From positions 2,606,001 through 2,670,000 of the forward strand of contig CM097885.1 of NCBI GenBank assembly GCA_044892525.1: a stretch of DNA of 64,000 bases, in the 5' to 3' direction. Numbering within the stretch: position 1 is the first letter of the stretch; each line of letters starts with the position of its first letter. A model generated the notes under the pieces. That model was not told where the DNA came from, made no database searches, and saw only the letters and a program-made list of their open reading frames with translations. Origin of the DNA: Schmidtea polychroa. Lineage: Eukaryota. Shown piece after piece: positions 15,001-30,766 of the stretch. A program made the position numbers and the translations under genes.

Positions 15001-18000
15001 ACTGCATATCTTCCCTATCTGATATCACTGCCCATATCTTCCCTATCTGATATCACTGCCCATATCTTCCCTATCTGATATCACTGCCCATATCTTCCCT
15101 ATCTGATATCACTGCATATCTTCCCTATCTGATATCACTGCCCATATCTTCCATATCTGATATCACTGCCCATATCTTCCCTATCTGATATCACTGCCCA
15201 TATCTTCCCTATCTGATATCGCTGCCCATATCTTCTTTCTCTGGTATCACTGCCCATATCTTCCCTATCTGATATAAATGCCCATATCTTCCCTATCTGA
15301 TATCACTGCCCTTAATTTCCCTATCTTATATCACTGCCCTTATCTTCCCTATCTGGTATCACTGCCAATATCTTCCCTATCTGATATCAGAGCAAATCTT
15401 CCCTATCTGGTATCACTGCCAATATCTTCCCTATCTGATATCAGAGCAAATCTTCCCTATCTGATATCAGAGCAAATCTTCCTTATCTGATATCACTGCC
15501 CATATCTTCCCTATCTGATATCGCTGCCCATATCTTCTCTCTCTGGTATCACTGCCCATATCTTCCCTATCTGATATCAGAGCAAATCTTCCCTATCTTA
15601 TATCACTGCCCTTATCTTCCCTATCTGGTATCACTGCCAATATCTTCCCTATCTGATATCAGAGCAAATCTTCCCAATCTGATATCAGAGCAAATCTTCC
15701 TTATCTGATATCACTGCCCATATCTTCCCTATCTGATATCGCTGCCCATATCTTCTCTCTCTGGTATCACTGCCCATATCTTCCCTATCTGATATCAGAG
15801 CAAATCTTCCTTATCTGATATCACTGCCCATATCTTCCCTATCTGATATCACTGCCCATATCTTCCCTATCTGATATCACTGCCCTTAATTTCCCTATCT
15901 TATATCACTGCCCTTATCTTCCCTATCTGGTATCACTGCCAATATCTTCCCTATCTGATATCAGAGCAAATCTTCTCTATCTGATATCAGAGCAAATCTT
16001 CCTTATCTGATATCACTGCCCATATCTTCCCTATCTGATATCGCTGCCCATATCTTCTCTCTCTGGTATCAGTGCCCATATCTTCCCTATCTGATATCAG
16101 AGCAAATCTTCCCTATCTTATATCACTGCCCTTATCTTCCCTATCTGGTATCACTGCCAATATCTTCCCTATCTGATATCAGAGCAAATCTTCCCTATCT
16201 GATATCAGAGCAAATCTTCCTTATCTGATATCACTGCCCATATCTTCCCTATCTGATATCGCTGCCCATATCTTCTCTCTCTGGTATCACTGCCCATATC
16301 TTCCCTATCTGATATCAGAGCAAATCTTCCTTATCTGATATCACTGCCCATATCTTCCCTATCTGATATCACGGCATATCTTCCCTACCTGATATCACTG
16401 CCAATATCTTCCCTATCTGATATCACTGCCTATATCTTCCCTATCTGATATCACTGCATATCTTCCCTATCTGATATCACTGCATATCTTCCCTATCTGA
16501 TATCACTGCCCATATCTTCCCTATCTGATATCACTACATATCTTCCCTATCTGATATCACTCCCCATATCTTCCCTATCTGATATCGCTGCATATCTTCC
16601 CTATCTGATATCACTGCCCATATCTTCCCTATCTGATATCACTGCCCATATCTTCCCTATCTGACATCATTGCCCATACCTTCCCTATCTGATATCACTG
16701 CCCATATCTTCCCTATCTGATATCACTGCCCATATCTTCCCTATCTGATATCACTGCATATCTTCATTATCTGATATCACTGCCCATATCTTCCCTATCT
16801 GATATCACTGCCCATATCTTCCCTATCTGATATGACTGCATATCTTCCCTATCTGATATCGCTGCCCATATCTTCCCTATCTGATATCACTGCCTATATC
16901 TTCCCTATCTGATATCGCTGCCTATATCTTCCCTATCTGATATCGCTGCCCATATCTTCCCTATCTGATATCACTGCCCATATCTTCCCTATCTGATATC
17001 ACTGCCTTACCTTCCCTATCTGATATCACTGCCCATATCTTCCCTATCTGACATCACTGCCCATATCTTCCCTATCTGACATCACTGCCCATATCTTCCC
17101 TGTCTGATATCACTGCCCACATCTTCCCTATCTGATATCACTGCATATCTTCCCTATCTAATATCGCGGCCCATATCTTCCCTCTCTGATATCGCTGCCC
17201 ATATCTTCCCTATCTGATATCGCTGCCCATATCTTCCCTATCTGATATCACTGTCCATATCTTCCCTATCTGATATCGCTGCCCATATCTTCCCTATCTG
17301 ATATCACTGCATATCTTCCCTTTCTGATATCACTGCCCATATCTTCCCTATCTGACATCACTGCCCATATCTTCCTATCTGATATCACTGCCCATATCTT
17401 CCCTATCTGATATCACTGCCCATATCTTCCCTATCTGATATCACTGCATATCTTACCTATCTGATATCACTGCCCATATCTTTCCTATCTGATATCACTG
17501 CCCATATCTTCCCTATCTGATATCACAGTCCATATCTTCCCTATCTGATATCACTGCATATCTTCATTATCTGATATCACTGCCCATATCTTCCTTATCT
17601 GATATCACTGCCCATATCTTCCCTATCTGATATCACTGCCCATATCTTCCCTATCTTATATCACTGCCCATATCTTCCCTATCTGATATCACTGCCCATA
17701 TCTTCCCTATCTGATATCACTGCCCATATCTTCCCTATCTGATATCACTGCATATCTTCATTATCTGATATCACTGCCCATATCTTCCCTATCTGACATC
17801 ACTGCCCATATCTTCCCTATCTGATATCACTGCCCATATCTTCCCTATCTGATATCACTGCCCTTAATTTCCCTGTCTTATATCACTGCCCTTATCTTCC
17901 CTATCTGATATCACTGCATATCTTCCCTATCTGATATCACTGCCCATATCTTCCCTATCTGATATCACTACCCATATCTTCCCTATCTGATATCACTGCT

Positions 18001-21000
18001 CATATCTTCCCTATCTGATATTGCTGCCCATATCTTCCCTATCTGATATCACTGCAAATCTTCCCTATCTGACATCACTGCCCATATCTTCCCTATCTGA
18101 TATCACTGCCCATATCTTCCCTATCTGACATCACTGCCCATATCTTCCCTATATGATATCACTGCCCATGTCTTCGTTATCTGACATCACTGCCCATATC
18201 TTCCCTATCTGATATCACTGCCCATATCTTCCCTATCTGACATCACTGCCCATATCTTCCTTATCTGATATCACTGCCCATATCTTCCCTATCTGATATC
18301 ACTGCCCATATCTTCCCTATCTGATATTGCTGCCCATATCTTACTTATCTGATATCACTGCCCATATCTTCCCTATCTGATATCACTGCCCATATCTTCC
18401 CTATCTGATATCACTGCCCATATCTTCCCTATCTGATATCACTGCCCATATCTTCCCTATCTGATATTGCTGCCCATATCTTCCCTATCTGATATTGCTG
18501 CCCATATCTTCCCTATCTGATATCACTGCCCATATCTTCCCTATCTGATATCGCTGCCCATATCTTCCCTATCTGATATCACTGCATATGTTCCCTATCT
18601 GATATCACTGCCCATATCTTCCATATCTGATATCACTGCCCATATCTTCCCTATCTGATATCACTGCATATCTTCCCTATCTGACATCACTGCCCATATC
18701 TTCCCTATCTGACATCACTGCCCATATCTTCCCTATCTGATATCACTGCCCATATCTTCTCTATCTGATATCACTGCCTATATCTTTCCTATCTGATATC
18801 ACTGCCCATATCTTCCCTATCTGATATCACTGCATATCTTCCCTATCTGATATCACTGCCCATATCTTCCCTATCTGATATCACTGCATATCTTCCCTAT
18901 CTGATATCACTGCCCATATCTTCCCTATCTGATATCACTGCCCATATCTTCCCTATCTGATATCACTGCCCATATCTTCCCTATCTGATATCACTGCATA
19001 TCTTCCCTATCTGATATCACTGCCCATATCTTCCATATCTGATATCACTGCCCATATCTTCCCTATCTGATATCACTGCCCATATCTTCCCTATCTGATA
19101 TCGCTGCCCATATCTTCTTTCTCTGGTATCACTGCCCATATCTTCCCTATCTGATATAAATGCCCATATCTTCCCTATCTGATATCACTGCCCTTAATTT
19201 CCCTATCTTATATCACTGCCCTTATCTTCCCTATCTGGTATCACTGCCAATATCTTCCCTATCTGATATCAGAGCAAATCTTCCCTATCTGGTATCACTG
19301 CCAATATCTTCCCTATCTGATATCAGAGCAAATCTTCCCTATCTGATATCAGAGCAAATCTTCCTTATCTGATATCACTGCCCATATCTTCCCTATCTGA
19401 TATCGCTGCCCATATCTTCTCTCTCTGGTATCACTGCCCATATCTTCCCTATCTGATATCAGAGCAAATCTTCCCTATCTTATATCACTGCCCTTATCTT
19501 CCCTATCTGGTATCACTGCCAATATCTTCCCTATCTGATATCAGAGCAAATCTTCCCAATCTGATATCAGAGCAAATCTTCCTTATCTGATATCACTGCC
19601 CATATCTTCCCTATCTGATATCGCTGCCCATATCTTCTCTCTCTGGTATCACTGCCCATATCTTCCCTATCTGATATCAGAGCAAATCTTCCTTATCTGA
19701 TATCACTGCCCATATCTTCCCTATCTGATATCACTGCCCATATCTTCCCTATCTGATATCACTGCCCTTAATTTCCCTATCTTATATCACTGCCCTTATC
19801 TTCCCTATCTGGTATCACTGCCAATATCTTCCCTATCTGATATCAGAGCAAATCTTCTCTATCTGATATCAGAGCAAATCTTCCTTATCTGATATCACTG
19901 CCCATATCTTCCCTATCTGATATCGCTGCCCATATCTTCTCTCTCTGGTATCAGTGCCCATATCTTCCCTATCTGATATCAGAGCAAATCTTCCCTATCT
20001 TATATCACTGCCCTTATCTTCCCTATCTGGTATCACTGCCAATATCTTCCCTATCTGATATCAGAGCAAATCTTCCCTATCTGATATCAGAGCAAATCTT
20101 CCTTATCTGATATCACTGCCCATATCTTCCCTATCTGATATCGCTGCCCATATCTTCTCTCTCTGGTATCACTGCCCATATCTTCCCTATCTGATATCAG
20201 AGCAAATCTTCCTTATCTGATATCACTGCCCATATCTTCCCTATCTGATATCACGGCATATCTTCCCTACCTGATATCACTGCCAATATCTTCCCTATCT
20301 GATATCACTGCCTATATCTTCCCTATCTGATATCACTGCATATCTTCCCTATCTGATATCACTGCATATCTTCCCTATCTGATATCACTGCCCATATCTT
20401 CCCTATCTGATATCACTACATATCTTCCCTATCTGATATCACTCCCCATATCTTCCCTATCTGATATCGCTGCATATCTTCCCTATCTGATATCACTGCC
20501 CATATCTTCCCTATCTGATATCACTGCCCATATCTTCCCTATCTGACATCATTGCCCATACCTTCCCTATCTGATATCACTGCCCATATCTTCCCTATCT
20601 GATATCACTGCCCATATCTTCCCTATCTGATATCACTGCATATCTTCATTATCTGATATCACTGCCCATATCTTCCCTATCTGATATCACTGCCCATATC
20701 TTCCCTATCTGATATGACTGCATATCTTCCCTATCTGATATCGCTGCCCATATCTTCCCTATCTGATATCACTGCCTATATCTTCCCTATCTGATATCGC
20801 TGCCTATATCTTCCCTATCTGATATCGCTGCCCATATCTTCCCTATCTGATATCACTGCCCATATCTTCCCTATCTGATATCACTGCCTTACCTTCCCTA
20901 TCTGATATCACTGCCCATATCTTCCCTATCTGACATCACTGCCCATATCTTCCCTATCTGACATCACTGCCCATATCTTCCCTGTCTGATATCACTGCCC

Positions 21001-24000
21001 ACATCTTCCCTATCTGATATCACTGCATATCTTCCCTATCTAATATCGCGGCCCATATCTTCCCTCTCTGATATCGCTGCCCATATCTTCCCTATCTGAT
21101 ATCGCTGCCCATATCTTCCCTATCTGATATCACTGTCCATATCTTCCCTATCTGATATCGCTGCCCATATCTTCCCTATCTGATATCACTGCATATCTTC
21201 CCTTTCTGATATCACTGCCCATATCTTCCCTATCTGACATCACTGCCCATATCTTCCTATCTGATATCACTGCCCATATCTTCCCTATCTGATATCACTG
21301 CCCATATCTTCCCTATCTGATATCACTGCATATCTTACCTATCTGATATCACTGCCCATATCTTTCCTATCTGATATCACTGCCCATATCTTCCCTATCT
21401 GATATCACTGCATATCTTCCCTATCTGATATCACTGCATATCTTCCCTATCTGATATCACTGCCCATATCTTCCCTATCTGATATCACTGCCCATATCTT
21501 CCCTATCTGATATCGCTGCCCATATCTTCCCTATCTGATATCGCTGCCCATATCTTCCCTATCTCATATCACTGTCCATATCTTCCTTATCTGATGTCGC
21601 TGCCCATATCTTCCCTATCTGGTATCACTGCCAATATCTTCCCTATCTGATATCACTGCATATCTTCCCTATCTGATATCGCTGCCCATATCTTCCCTAT
21701 CTGATATCACTGCCAATATCTTCCCTATCTGATATCACTGCATATCTTCCCTATCTGATATCGCTGCCCATATCTTCCCTATCTGATATCGCTGCCCATA
21801 TCTTCCCTATCTGATATCACTGCCTATATCTTCCCTATCTGATATCACTGCATATCTTCCCTATCTTATATCACTGCCCATATCTTCCCTATCTGATATC
21901 AGAGCAAATCTTCCTTATCTGATATCACTGCCCATATCTTCCCTATCTGGTATCACTGCATATCTTCCCTTTCTGATATCACTGCCCATATCTTCCCTAT
22001 CTGATATCACTGCATATCTTCCCTATCTTATATCACTGCCCATATCTTCCATATCTGATATCAGAGCAAATCTTCCTTATCTGATATCACTGCCCATATC
22101 TTCCCTATCTGATATCGCTGCCCATATCTTCTTTCTCTGGTATCACTGCCCATATCTTCCCTATCTGATATCAGAGCAAATCTTCCTTATCTGATATCAC
22201 TGCCCATATCTTCCCTATCTGATATCGCTGCCCATATCTTCTCTCTCTGGTATCACTGTCCATATCTTCCCTATCTGATATCACTGCCCATATCTTCCCT
22301 ATCTGATATCACTGCATATCTTCCCTATCTGATATCACTGCCCATATCTTCCCCATCTGATATCACTGCCCATATCTTCCCTATCTGACATCACTGCCCA
22401 TACCTTCCCTATCTGATATCACTGCCCATATCTTCCCTATCTGATATCACAGTCCATATCTTCCCTATCTGATATCACTGCATATCTTCATTATCTGATA
22501 TCACTGCCCATATCTTCCTTATCTGATATCACTGCCCATATCTTCCCTATCTGATATCACTGCCCATATCTTCCCTATCTTATATCACTGCCCATATCTT
22601 CCCTATCTGATATCACTGCCCATATCTTACCTATCTGATATCACTGCCCATATCTTCCCTATCTGATATCACTGCATATCTTCATTATCTGATATCACTG
22701 CCCATATCTTCCCTATCTGACATCACTGCCCATATCTTCCCTATCTGATATCACTGCCCATATCTTCCCTATCTGATATCACTGCCCTTAATTTCCCTGT
22801 CTTATATCACTGCCCTTATCTTCCCTATCTGATATCACTGCATATCTTCCCTATCTGATATCACTGCCCATATCTTCCCTATCTGATATCACTACCCATA
22901 TCTTCCCTATCTGATATCACTGCTCATATCTTCCCTATCTGATATTGCTGCCCATATCTTCCCTATCTGATATCACTGCAAATCTTCCCTATCTGACATC
23001 ACTGCCCATATCTTCCCTATCTGATATCACTGCCCATATCTTCCCTATCTGACATCACTGCCCATATCTTCCCTAAATGATATCACTGCCCATGTCTTCC
23101 TTATCTGACATCACTGCCCATATCTTCCCTATCTGATATCACTGCCCATATCTTCCCTATCTGACATCACTGCCCATATCTTCCTTATCTGATATCACTG
23201 CCCATATCTTCCCTATCTGATATCACTGCCCATATCTTCCTTATCTGATATCACTGCCCATATCTTCCCTATCTGATATCACTGCCCATATCTTCCCTAT
23301 CTGATATCACTGCCCATATCTTCCCTATCTGATATCACTGCCCATATCTTCCCTATCTGATATTGCTGCCCATATCTTCCCTATCTGATATTGCTGCCCA
23401 TATCTTCCCTATCTGATATCACTGCCCATATCTTCCCTATCTGATATCGCTGCCCATATCTTCCCTATCTGATATCACTGCATATGTTCCCTATCTGATA
23501 TCACTGCCCATATCTTCCATATCTGATATCACTGCCCATATCTTCCCTATCTGATATCACTGCATATCTTCCCTATCTGACATCACTGCCCATATCTTCC
23601 CTATCTGGTATCACTGCCAATATCTTCCCTATCTGATATCGCTGCCCATATCTTCCCTATCTGATATCACTGTCCATATCTTCCCTATCTGATATCGCTG
23701 CCCATATCTTCCCTATCTGATATCACTGCATATCTTCCCTTTCTGATATCACTGCCCATATCTTCCCTATCTGATATCACTGCCCATATCCTCCCTATCT
23801 GATATCACTGCCCATATCTTCCCTATCTTATATCACTGCCTATATCTTCCCTATCTGATATCACTGCATATCTTCCCTATCTTATATAAATGCCCATATC
23901 TTCCCTATCTGATATCACTGCCCTTAATTTCGCTATCTTATATCACTGCCCTTATCTTCCCTATCTGGTATCACTGCCAATATCTTCCCTATCTGATATC

Positions 24001-27000
24001 AGAGCAAATCTTCCCTATCTGATATCAATGCCCATATCTTCCCTATCTGATATCACTGCCCTTAATTTCCCTATCTTATATCACTGCCCTTATCTTCCCT
24101 ATCTGGTATCACTGCCAATATCTTCCCTATCTGATATCAGAGCAAATCTTCTCTATCTGATATCAGAGCAAATCTTCCTTATCTGATATCACTGCCCATA
24201 TCTTCCCTATCTGATATCGCTGCCCATATCTTCTCTCTCTGGTATCAGTGCCCATATCTTCCCTATCTGATATCAGAGCAAATCTTCCCTATCTTATATC
24301 ACTGCCCTTATCTTCCCTATCTGGTATCACTGCCAATATCTTCCCTATCTGATATCAGAGCAAATCTTCCCTATCTGATATCAGAGCAAATCTTCCTTAT
24401 CTGATATCACTGCCCATATCTTCCCTATCTGATATCGCTGCCCATATCTTCCCTATCTGACATCACTGCCCATACCTTCCCTATCTGATATCAGAGCAAA
24501 TCTTCCTTATCTGATATCGCTGCCCATATCTTCCCTATCTGATATCAGAGCAAATCTTCCTTATCTGATATCACTGCCCATATCTTCCCTATCTGATATC
24601 ACGGCATATCTTCCCTATCTGATATCACTGCCAATATCTTCCCTATCTGATATCACTGCCTATATCTTCCCTATCTGATATCACTGCATATCTTCCCTAT
24701 CTGATATCACTGCATATCTTCCCTATCTGATATCACTGCCCATATCTTCCCTATCTGATATCACTACATATCTTCCCTATCTGATATCACTCCCCATATC
24801 TTCCCTATCTGATATCGCTGCATATCTTCCCTATCTGATATCACTGCCCATATCTTCCCTATCTGATATCACTGCCCATATCTTCCCTATCTGACATCAT
24901 TGCCCATACCTTCCCTATCTGATATCACTGCCCATATCTTCCCTATCTGATATCACTGCCCATATCTTCCCTATCTGATATCACTGCATATCTTCATTAT
25001 CTGATATCACTGCCCATATCTTCCCTATCTGATATCACTGCCCATATCTTCCCTATCTGATATGACTGCATATCTTCCCTATCTGATATCGCTGCCCATA
25101 TCTTCCCTATCTGATATCACTGCCTATATCTTCCCTATCTGATATCGCTGCCCATATCTTCCCTATCTGATATCGCTGCCCATATCTTCCCTATCTGATA
25201 TCACTGCCCATATCTTCCCTATCTGATATCACTGCCTTACCTTCCCTATCTGATATCACTGCCCATATCTTCCCTATCTGACATCACTGCCCATATCTTC
25301 CCTATCAGACATCACTGCCCATATCTTCCCTGTCTGATATCACTGCCCACATCTTCCCTATCTGATATCACTGCATATCTTCCCTATCTAATATCGCGGC
25401 CCATATCTTCCCTCTCTGATATCGCTGCCCATATCTTCCCTATCTGATATCGCTGCCCATATCTTCCCTATCTGATATCACTGTCCATATCTTCCCTATC
25501 TGATATCGCTGCCCATATCTTCCCTATCTGATATCACTGCATATCTTCCCTTTCTGATATCACTGCCCATATCTTCCCTATCTCATATCACTGCCCATAT
25601 CCTCCCTATCTGATATCACTGCCCATATCTTCCCTATCTGACATCACTGCCCATATCTTCCTATCTGATATCACTGCCCATATCTTCCCTATCTGATATC
25701 ACTGCCCATATCTTCCCTATCTGATATCACTGCATATCTTACCTATCTGATATCACTGCCCATATCTTTCCTATCTGATATCACTGCCCATATCTTCCCT
25801 ATTTGATATCACTGCATATCTTCCCTATCTGATATCACTGCATATCTTCCCTATCTGATATCACTGCCCATATCTTCCCTATCTGATATCACTGCCCATA
25901 TCTTCCCTATCTGATATCGCTGCCCATATCTTCCCTATCTGATATCGCTGCCCATATCTTCCCTATCTCATATCACTGTCCATATCTTCCTTATCTGATG
26001 TCGCTGCCCATATCTTCCCTATCTGATATCACTGCCCATATCTTCCCTATCTGATATCACTGCATATCTTCCCTATCTGATATCACTGCCCATATCTTCC
26101 CTATCTGATATCACTGCCAATATCTTCCCTATCTGATATCACTGCATATCTTCCCTATCTGATATCGCTGCCCATATCTTCCCTATCTGATATCGCTGCC
26201 CATATCTTCCCTATCTGATATCACTGCCTATATCTTCCCTATCTGATATCACTGCATATCTTCCCTATCTTATATCACTGCCCATATCTTCCCTATCTGA
26301 TATCAGAGCAAATCTTCCTTATCTGATATCACTGCCCATATCTTCCCTATCTGGTATCACTGCATATCTTCCCTTTCTGATATCACTGCCCATATCTTCC
26401 CTATCTGATATCACTGCATATCTTCCCTATCTTATATCACTGCCCGTATCTTCCCTATCTGATATCAGAGCAAATCTTCCTTATCTGATATCACTGCCCA
26501 TATCTTCCCTATCTGATATCGCTGCCCATATCTTCTCTCTCTGGTATCACTGTCCATATCTTCCCTATCTGATATCACTGCCCATATCTTCCCTATCTGA
26601 TATCACTGCATATCTTCCCTATCTGATATCACTGCCCATATCTTCCCCATCTGTTATCACTGCCCATATCTTCCCTATCTGACATCACTGCCCATACCTT
26701 CCCTATCTGATATCACTGCCCATATCTTCCCTATCTGATATCACAGTCCATATCTTCCCTATCTGATATCACTGCATATCTTCATTATCTGATATCACTG
26801 CCCATATCTTCCTTATCTGATATCACTGCCCATATCTTCCCTATCTGATATCACTGCCCATATCTTCCCTATCTTATATCACTGCCCATATCTTCCCTAT
26901 CTGATATCACTGCCCATATCTTACCTATCTGATATCACTGCCCATATCTTCCCTATCTGATATCACTGCATATCTTCATTATCTGATATCACTGCCCATA

Positions 27001-28524
27001 TCTTCCCTATCTGACATCACTGCCCATATCTTCCCTATCTGATATCACTGCCCATATCTTCCCTATCTGATATCACTGCCCTTAATTTCCCTGTCTTATA
27101 TCACTGCCCTTATCTTCCCTATCTGATATCACTGCATATCTTCCCTATCTGATATCACTGCCCATATCTTCCCTATCTGATATCACTACCCATACCTTCC
27201 CTATCTGATATCACTGCTCATATCTTCCCTATCTGATATTGCTGCCCATATCTTCCCTATCTGATATCACTGCAAATCTTCCCTATCTGACATCACTGCC
27301 CATATCTTCCCTATCTGATATCACTGCCCATATCTTCCCTATCTGACATCACTGCCCATATCTTCCCTATATGATATCACTGCCCATGTCTTCCTTATCT
27401 GACATCACTGCCCATATCTTCCCTATCTGATATCACTGCCCATATCTTCCCTATCTGACATCACTGCCCATATCTTCCTTATCTGATATCACTGCCCATA
27501 TCTTCCCTATCTGATATCACTGCCCATATCTTCCTTATCTGATATCACTGCCCATATCTTCCCTATCTGATATCACTGCCCATATCTTCCCTATCTGATA
27601 TCACTGCCCATATCTTCCCTATCTGATATCACTGCCCATATCTTCCCTATCTGATATTGCTGCCCATATCTTCCCTATCTGATATTGCTGCCCATATCTT
27701 CCCTATCTGATATCACTGCCCATATCTTCCCTATCTGATATCGCTGCCCATATCTTCCCTATCTGATATCACTGCATATGTTCCCTATCTGATATCACTG
27801 CCCATATCTTCCATATCTGATATCACTGCCCATATCTTCCCTATCTGATATCACTGCATATCTTCCCTATCTGACATCACTGCCCATATCTTCCCTATCT
27901 GACATCACTGCCCATATCTTCCCTATCTGATATCACTGCCCATATCTTCTCTATCTGATATCACTGCCTATATCTTTCCTATCTGATATCACTGCCCATA
28001 TCTTCCCTATCTGATATCACTGCATATCTTCCCTATCTGATATCACTGCCCATATCTTCCCTATCTGATATCACTGCATATCTTCCCTATCTGATATCAC
28101 TGCCCATATCTTCCCTATCTGATATCACTGCCCATATCTTCCCTATCTGATATCACTGCCCATATCTTCCCTATCTGATATCACTGCATATCTTCCCTAT
28201 CTGATATCACTGCCCATATCTTCCATATCTGATATCACTGCCCATATCTTCCCTATCTGATATCACTGCCCATATCTTCCCTATCTGATATCACTGCCCA
28301 TATCTTCCCTATCTGATATCACTGCCCATATCTTCCCTATCCTATATCACTGCATTTCTTCCCTATCTGATATCACTGCCCATATCTTCCATATCTGATA
28401 TCACTGCCCATATCTTCCCTATCTGATATCACTGCATATCTTCCCTATCTGATATCACTGCCCATATCTTCCCTATCTGATATCACTGCATATCTTCCCT
28501 ATCTGATATCACTGCCCATATCTT
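1..28524. repeat. 28-bp satellite array, consensus TCTGATATCACTGCCCATATCTTCCCTA, with 26/27-bp deletion variants; runs off the left edge of the window
   Basis: Monomer starts at 1, 29, 57 and so on. The array is continuous until it ends abruptly in a T-run at about 28524. Confidence 0.99.
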
Positions 28525-29290
28525 TTTTTTAGAAAATTCAAATTGAATTCAAATAATAAAAATTTTATTTGGTCTGGTGATTTTTGGCATGCGCGCTAGC
28601 TTGTGATAACTTAGCAAGACTTTCAAAACTGTACAGCACACATTTTGCACTTGCGCGTTACTATAACGTAGGCATGAATGTGTTGGTGTTAAACTTTGAA
28701 CTATAAGCTCTACTTGTATTGGTATTGCTGTGACTAATATCATCGTAGCTACCCAGGCTAAGACAACACGCACGTAGTATAAAATTGACACAAATTCAGT
28801 ACTGCTAAATACACACTTCATTTACAAATATTCATAAACACTAACAAAAATTTCTATAAAAATTTAAATATGGAAAGCGAAAAGATGAGATAATGAAAAT
28901 TTTCGATTACCCATTAGGGTTGTCGATGTGGTGCTCACTCAGCACGCGTGGAATATCCGGCCGTGATATATAAGGCTTAGACCCTTTTCATAACAATATC
29001 ACAGGTCTCACTTGCTCCCGTTGGTCTCTTTATCCGATATCATTCCTTTCATCTTCAGGACTGACTATCTATCATTTGTTTATAATTTGGTTGGGTCACT
29101 ACTTCCTGGGCACCGATACGGATACAGCAAATGTTGAGGGGGGTGGGGGTAGCGATTTATAATATATCTAATTATACAATTAATAATTATAAAGTGAAAT
29201 TGAATATAAGTGAAAGGGGCATGTATTTTGCGGTTTCTTATTGAACTGTCTGAAATTTGTTTAAATTCCCTAAGATAATACTGATTATAG

Positions 29291-30031
29291 CATCGGCAAG
29301 GGCGGATAATAGCGAAAGAACAGGAAGAATCCCCAGATACAGAATCTGAATTAAGTCCTCCGCAGGCAGGAAGGCAGCCGAAACCAACACAAATGTGTAT
29401 GAGACGATCAATACAAATGTTACGGCCTAAATCATGCGCTAGTTTTAGCATTAATAAGGAGGCAAAAATGAAAGTTTCAGGTCAGCAGATGGCGATTTTG
29501 TCAAATAATTTTGCCCCGGAATCCTGTAGATGTTCCACAAAGATCGACTACTCCAAGTATATCAGCAAGAAAGACAGCGCATTTATGCGACCGGAAACTG
29601 CAGTTCCGCAACATCGAAAGAAAGTAAAATTTAAATGTTTTTGGATTTATTATTTGTAGAATTTCCCATCTCTGGCGAAATGCTTGGAACCCACGTTAAC
29701 TGGGTCACAGAAACCAATGAAGAAATTGAAAAAGAAAAGAAAGCAGCTGTCAATTCAAACAGAATTGGATAATAATTTTCCCATCGGGAATGCTACAGAG
29801 CCATCAAATATTTATTCTGATGATAATTCTGATTCAGAGAAAGACACAATGGAAATGTCTCCAGGAAACGCGTTGGGACAGAAAGAAAGTATTGCAATTA
29901 GGAATGAGGAGGACAAAGCCGAAGATTCCGTTCTAACTGGAAATGAATGGAATAAAGTTGCCAATGGAATTGAAGACGAAATTTCGGACCATTTCAGTTC
30001 GTTCGGTTATGAATCACGTAGCTCTTCATGA
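29291..30031 (+). CDS. Possible spliced gene fragment of unknown function (exon 29291-29623, 36-nt intron 29624-29659, exon 29660-30031)
   Basis: ORFs 29393 and 29684 are in the same frame and are joined by an AT-rich GTAAAA...TTGTAG segment. There is an AG acceptor at 29289-29290. The product is hydrophilic and low-complexity with no recognisable domain. Confidence 0.3.
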
Positions 30032-30766
30032 ATTCTTTTTTATATTTATCGTGGCCATTCTTTGTGATGTCAATATATGCTTTTACATTGATTTTATCTT
30101 TTTATTCTGTTCTTTTATTTCCATTTTCTATTTTCATTATGATAAAAGATCAAAAAATAGATGTTCCTATGCAACAAATTTTCGACACAGCCTTTATCAA
30201 GCGTTGCTAAATTTATTTAACCAATATTTGGCTCATGGTGCATTTTCATATAATTCCCCTAATGTTTGTAATGCGTCAGACTTTCAAATTAATAAATATA
30301 TTTATTTAATATTAAATTTTAAACACTGTAAGGAGTTAAATTTTTATATTTAAATTCTATATTAAATTATATCATATTATATTAAATTATATTAAATTAA
30401 ATCAATTAAATGTATGACCAGTAATTACATTAATATTAATTATTATCACGCCTCGGTGTTTAAATACGCTAGTAAACGGCACAATTTTGAAGTTGTTATA
30501 AAAACAAATGCTTGAAGAAGATTTGAATTTAATTGCGTCTAACAAACACATTAAATTAATTTCATTAAAAAGATATTGTTTTAATATTCATATATATTCA
30601 ATCATCTTTTTTCGAACGTCACCACCTTTATCCAAAAAATGTATACAAAACAATGGAATTTTATCATTTTACTAGAATTCAGTTTCTTCCAAAAATTCGT
30701 CATTCCAAACAACCAATATTGCAACATTCGAAACTTCAGCTCGTCAAACAGGCCGCTGGATCACTT

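Noticed and set aside
1932..24186. Six repeated 70-98 aa ORFs (MPISSLSDITAL...) in the satellite
   Set aside because: They arise by chance where monomer variants remove the TGA. They simply translate the 28-bp repeat and mark the higher-order period.
1..28524. CRISPR-like array (28-bp repeat with an internal palindrome)
   Set aside because: Monomers are head-to-tail with no unique spacers, there are no cas genes, and the context is eukaryotic.
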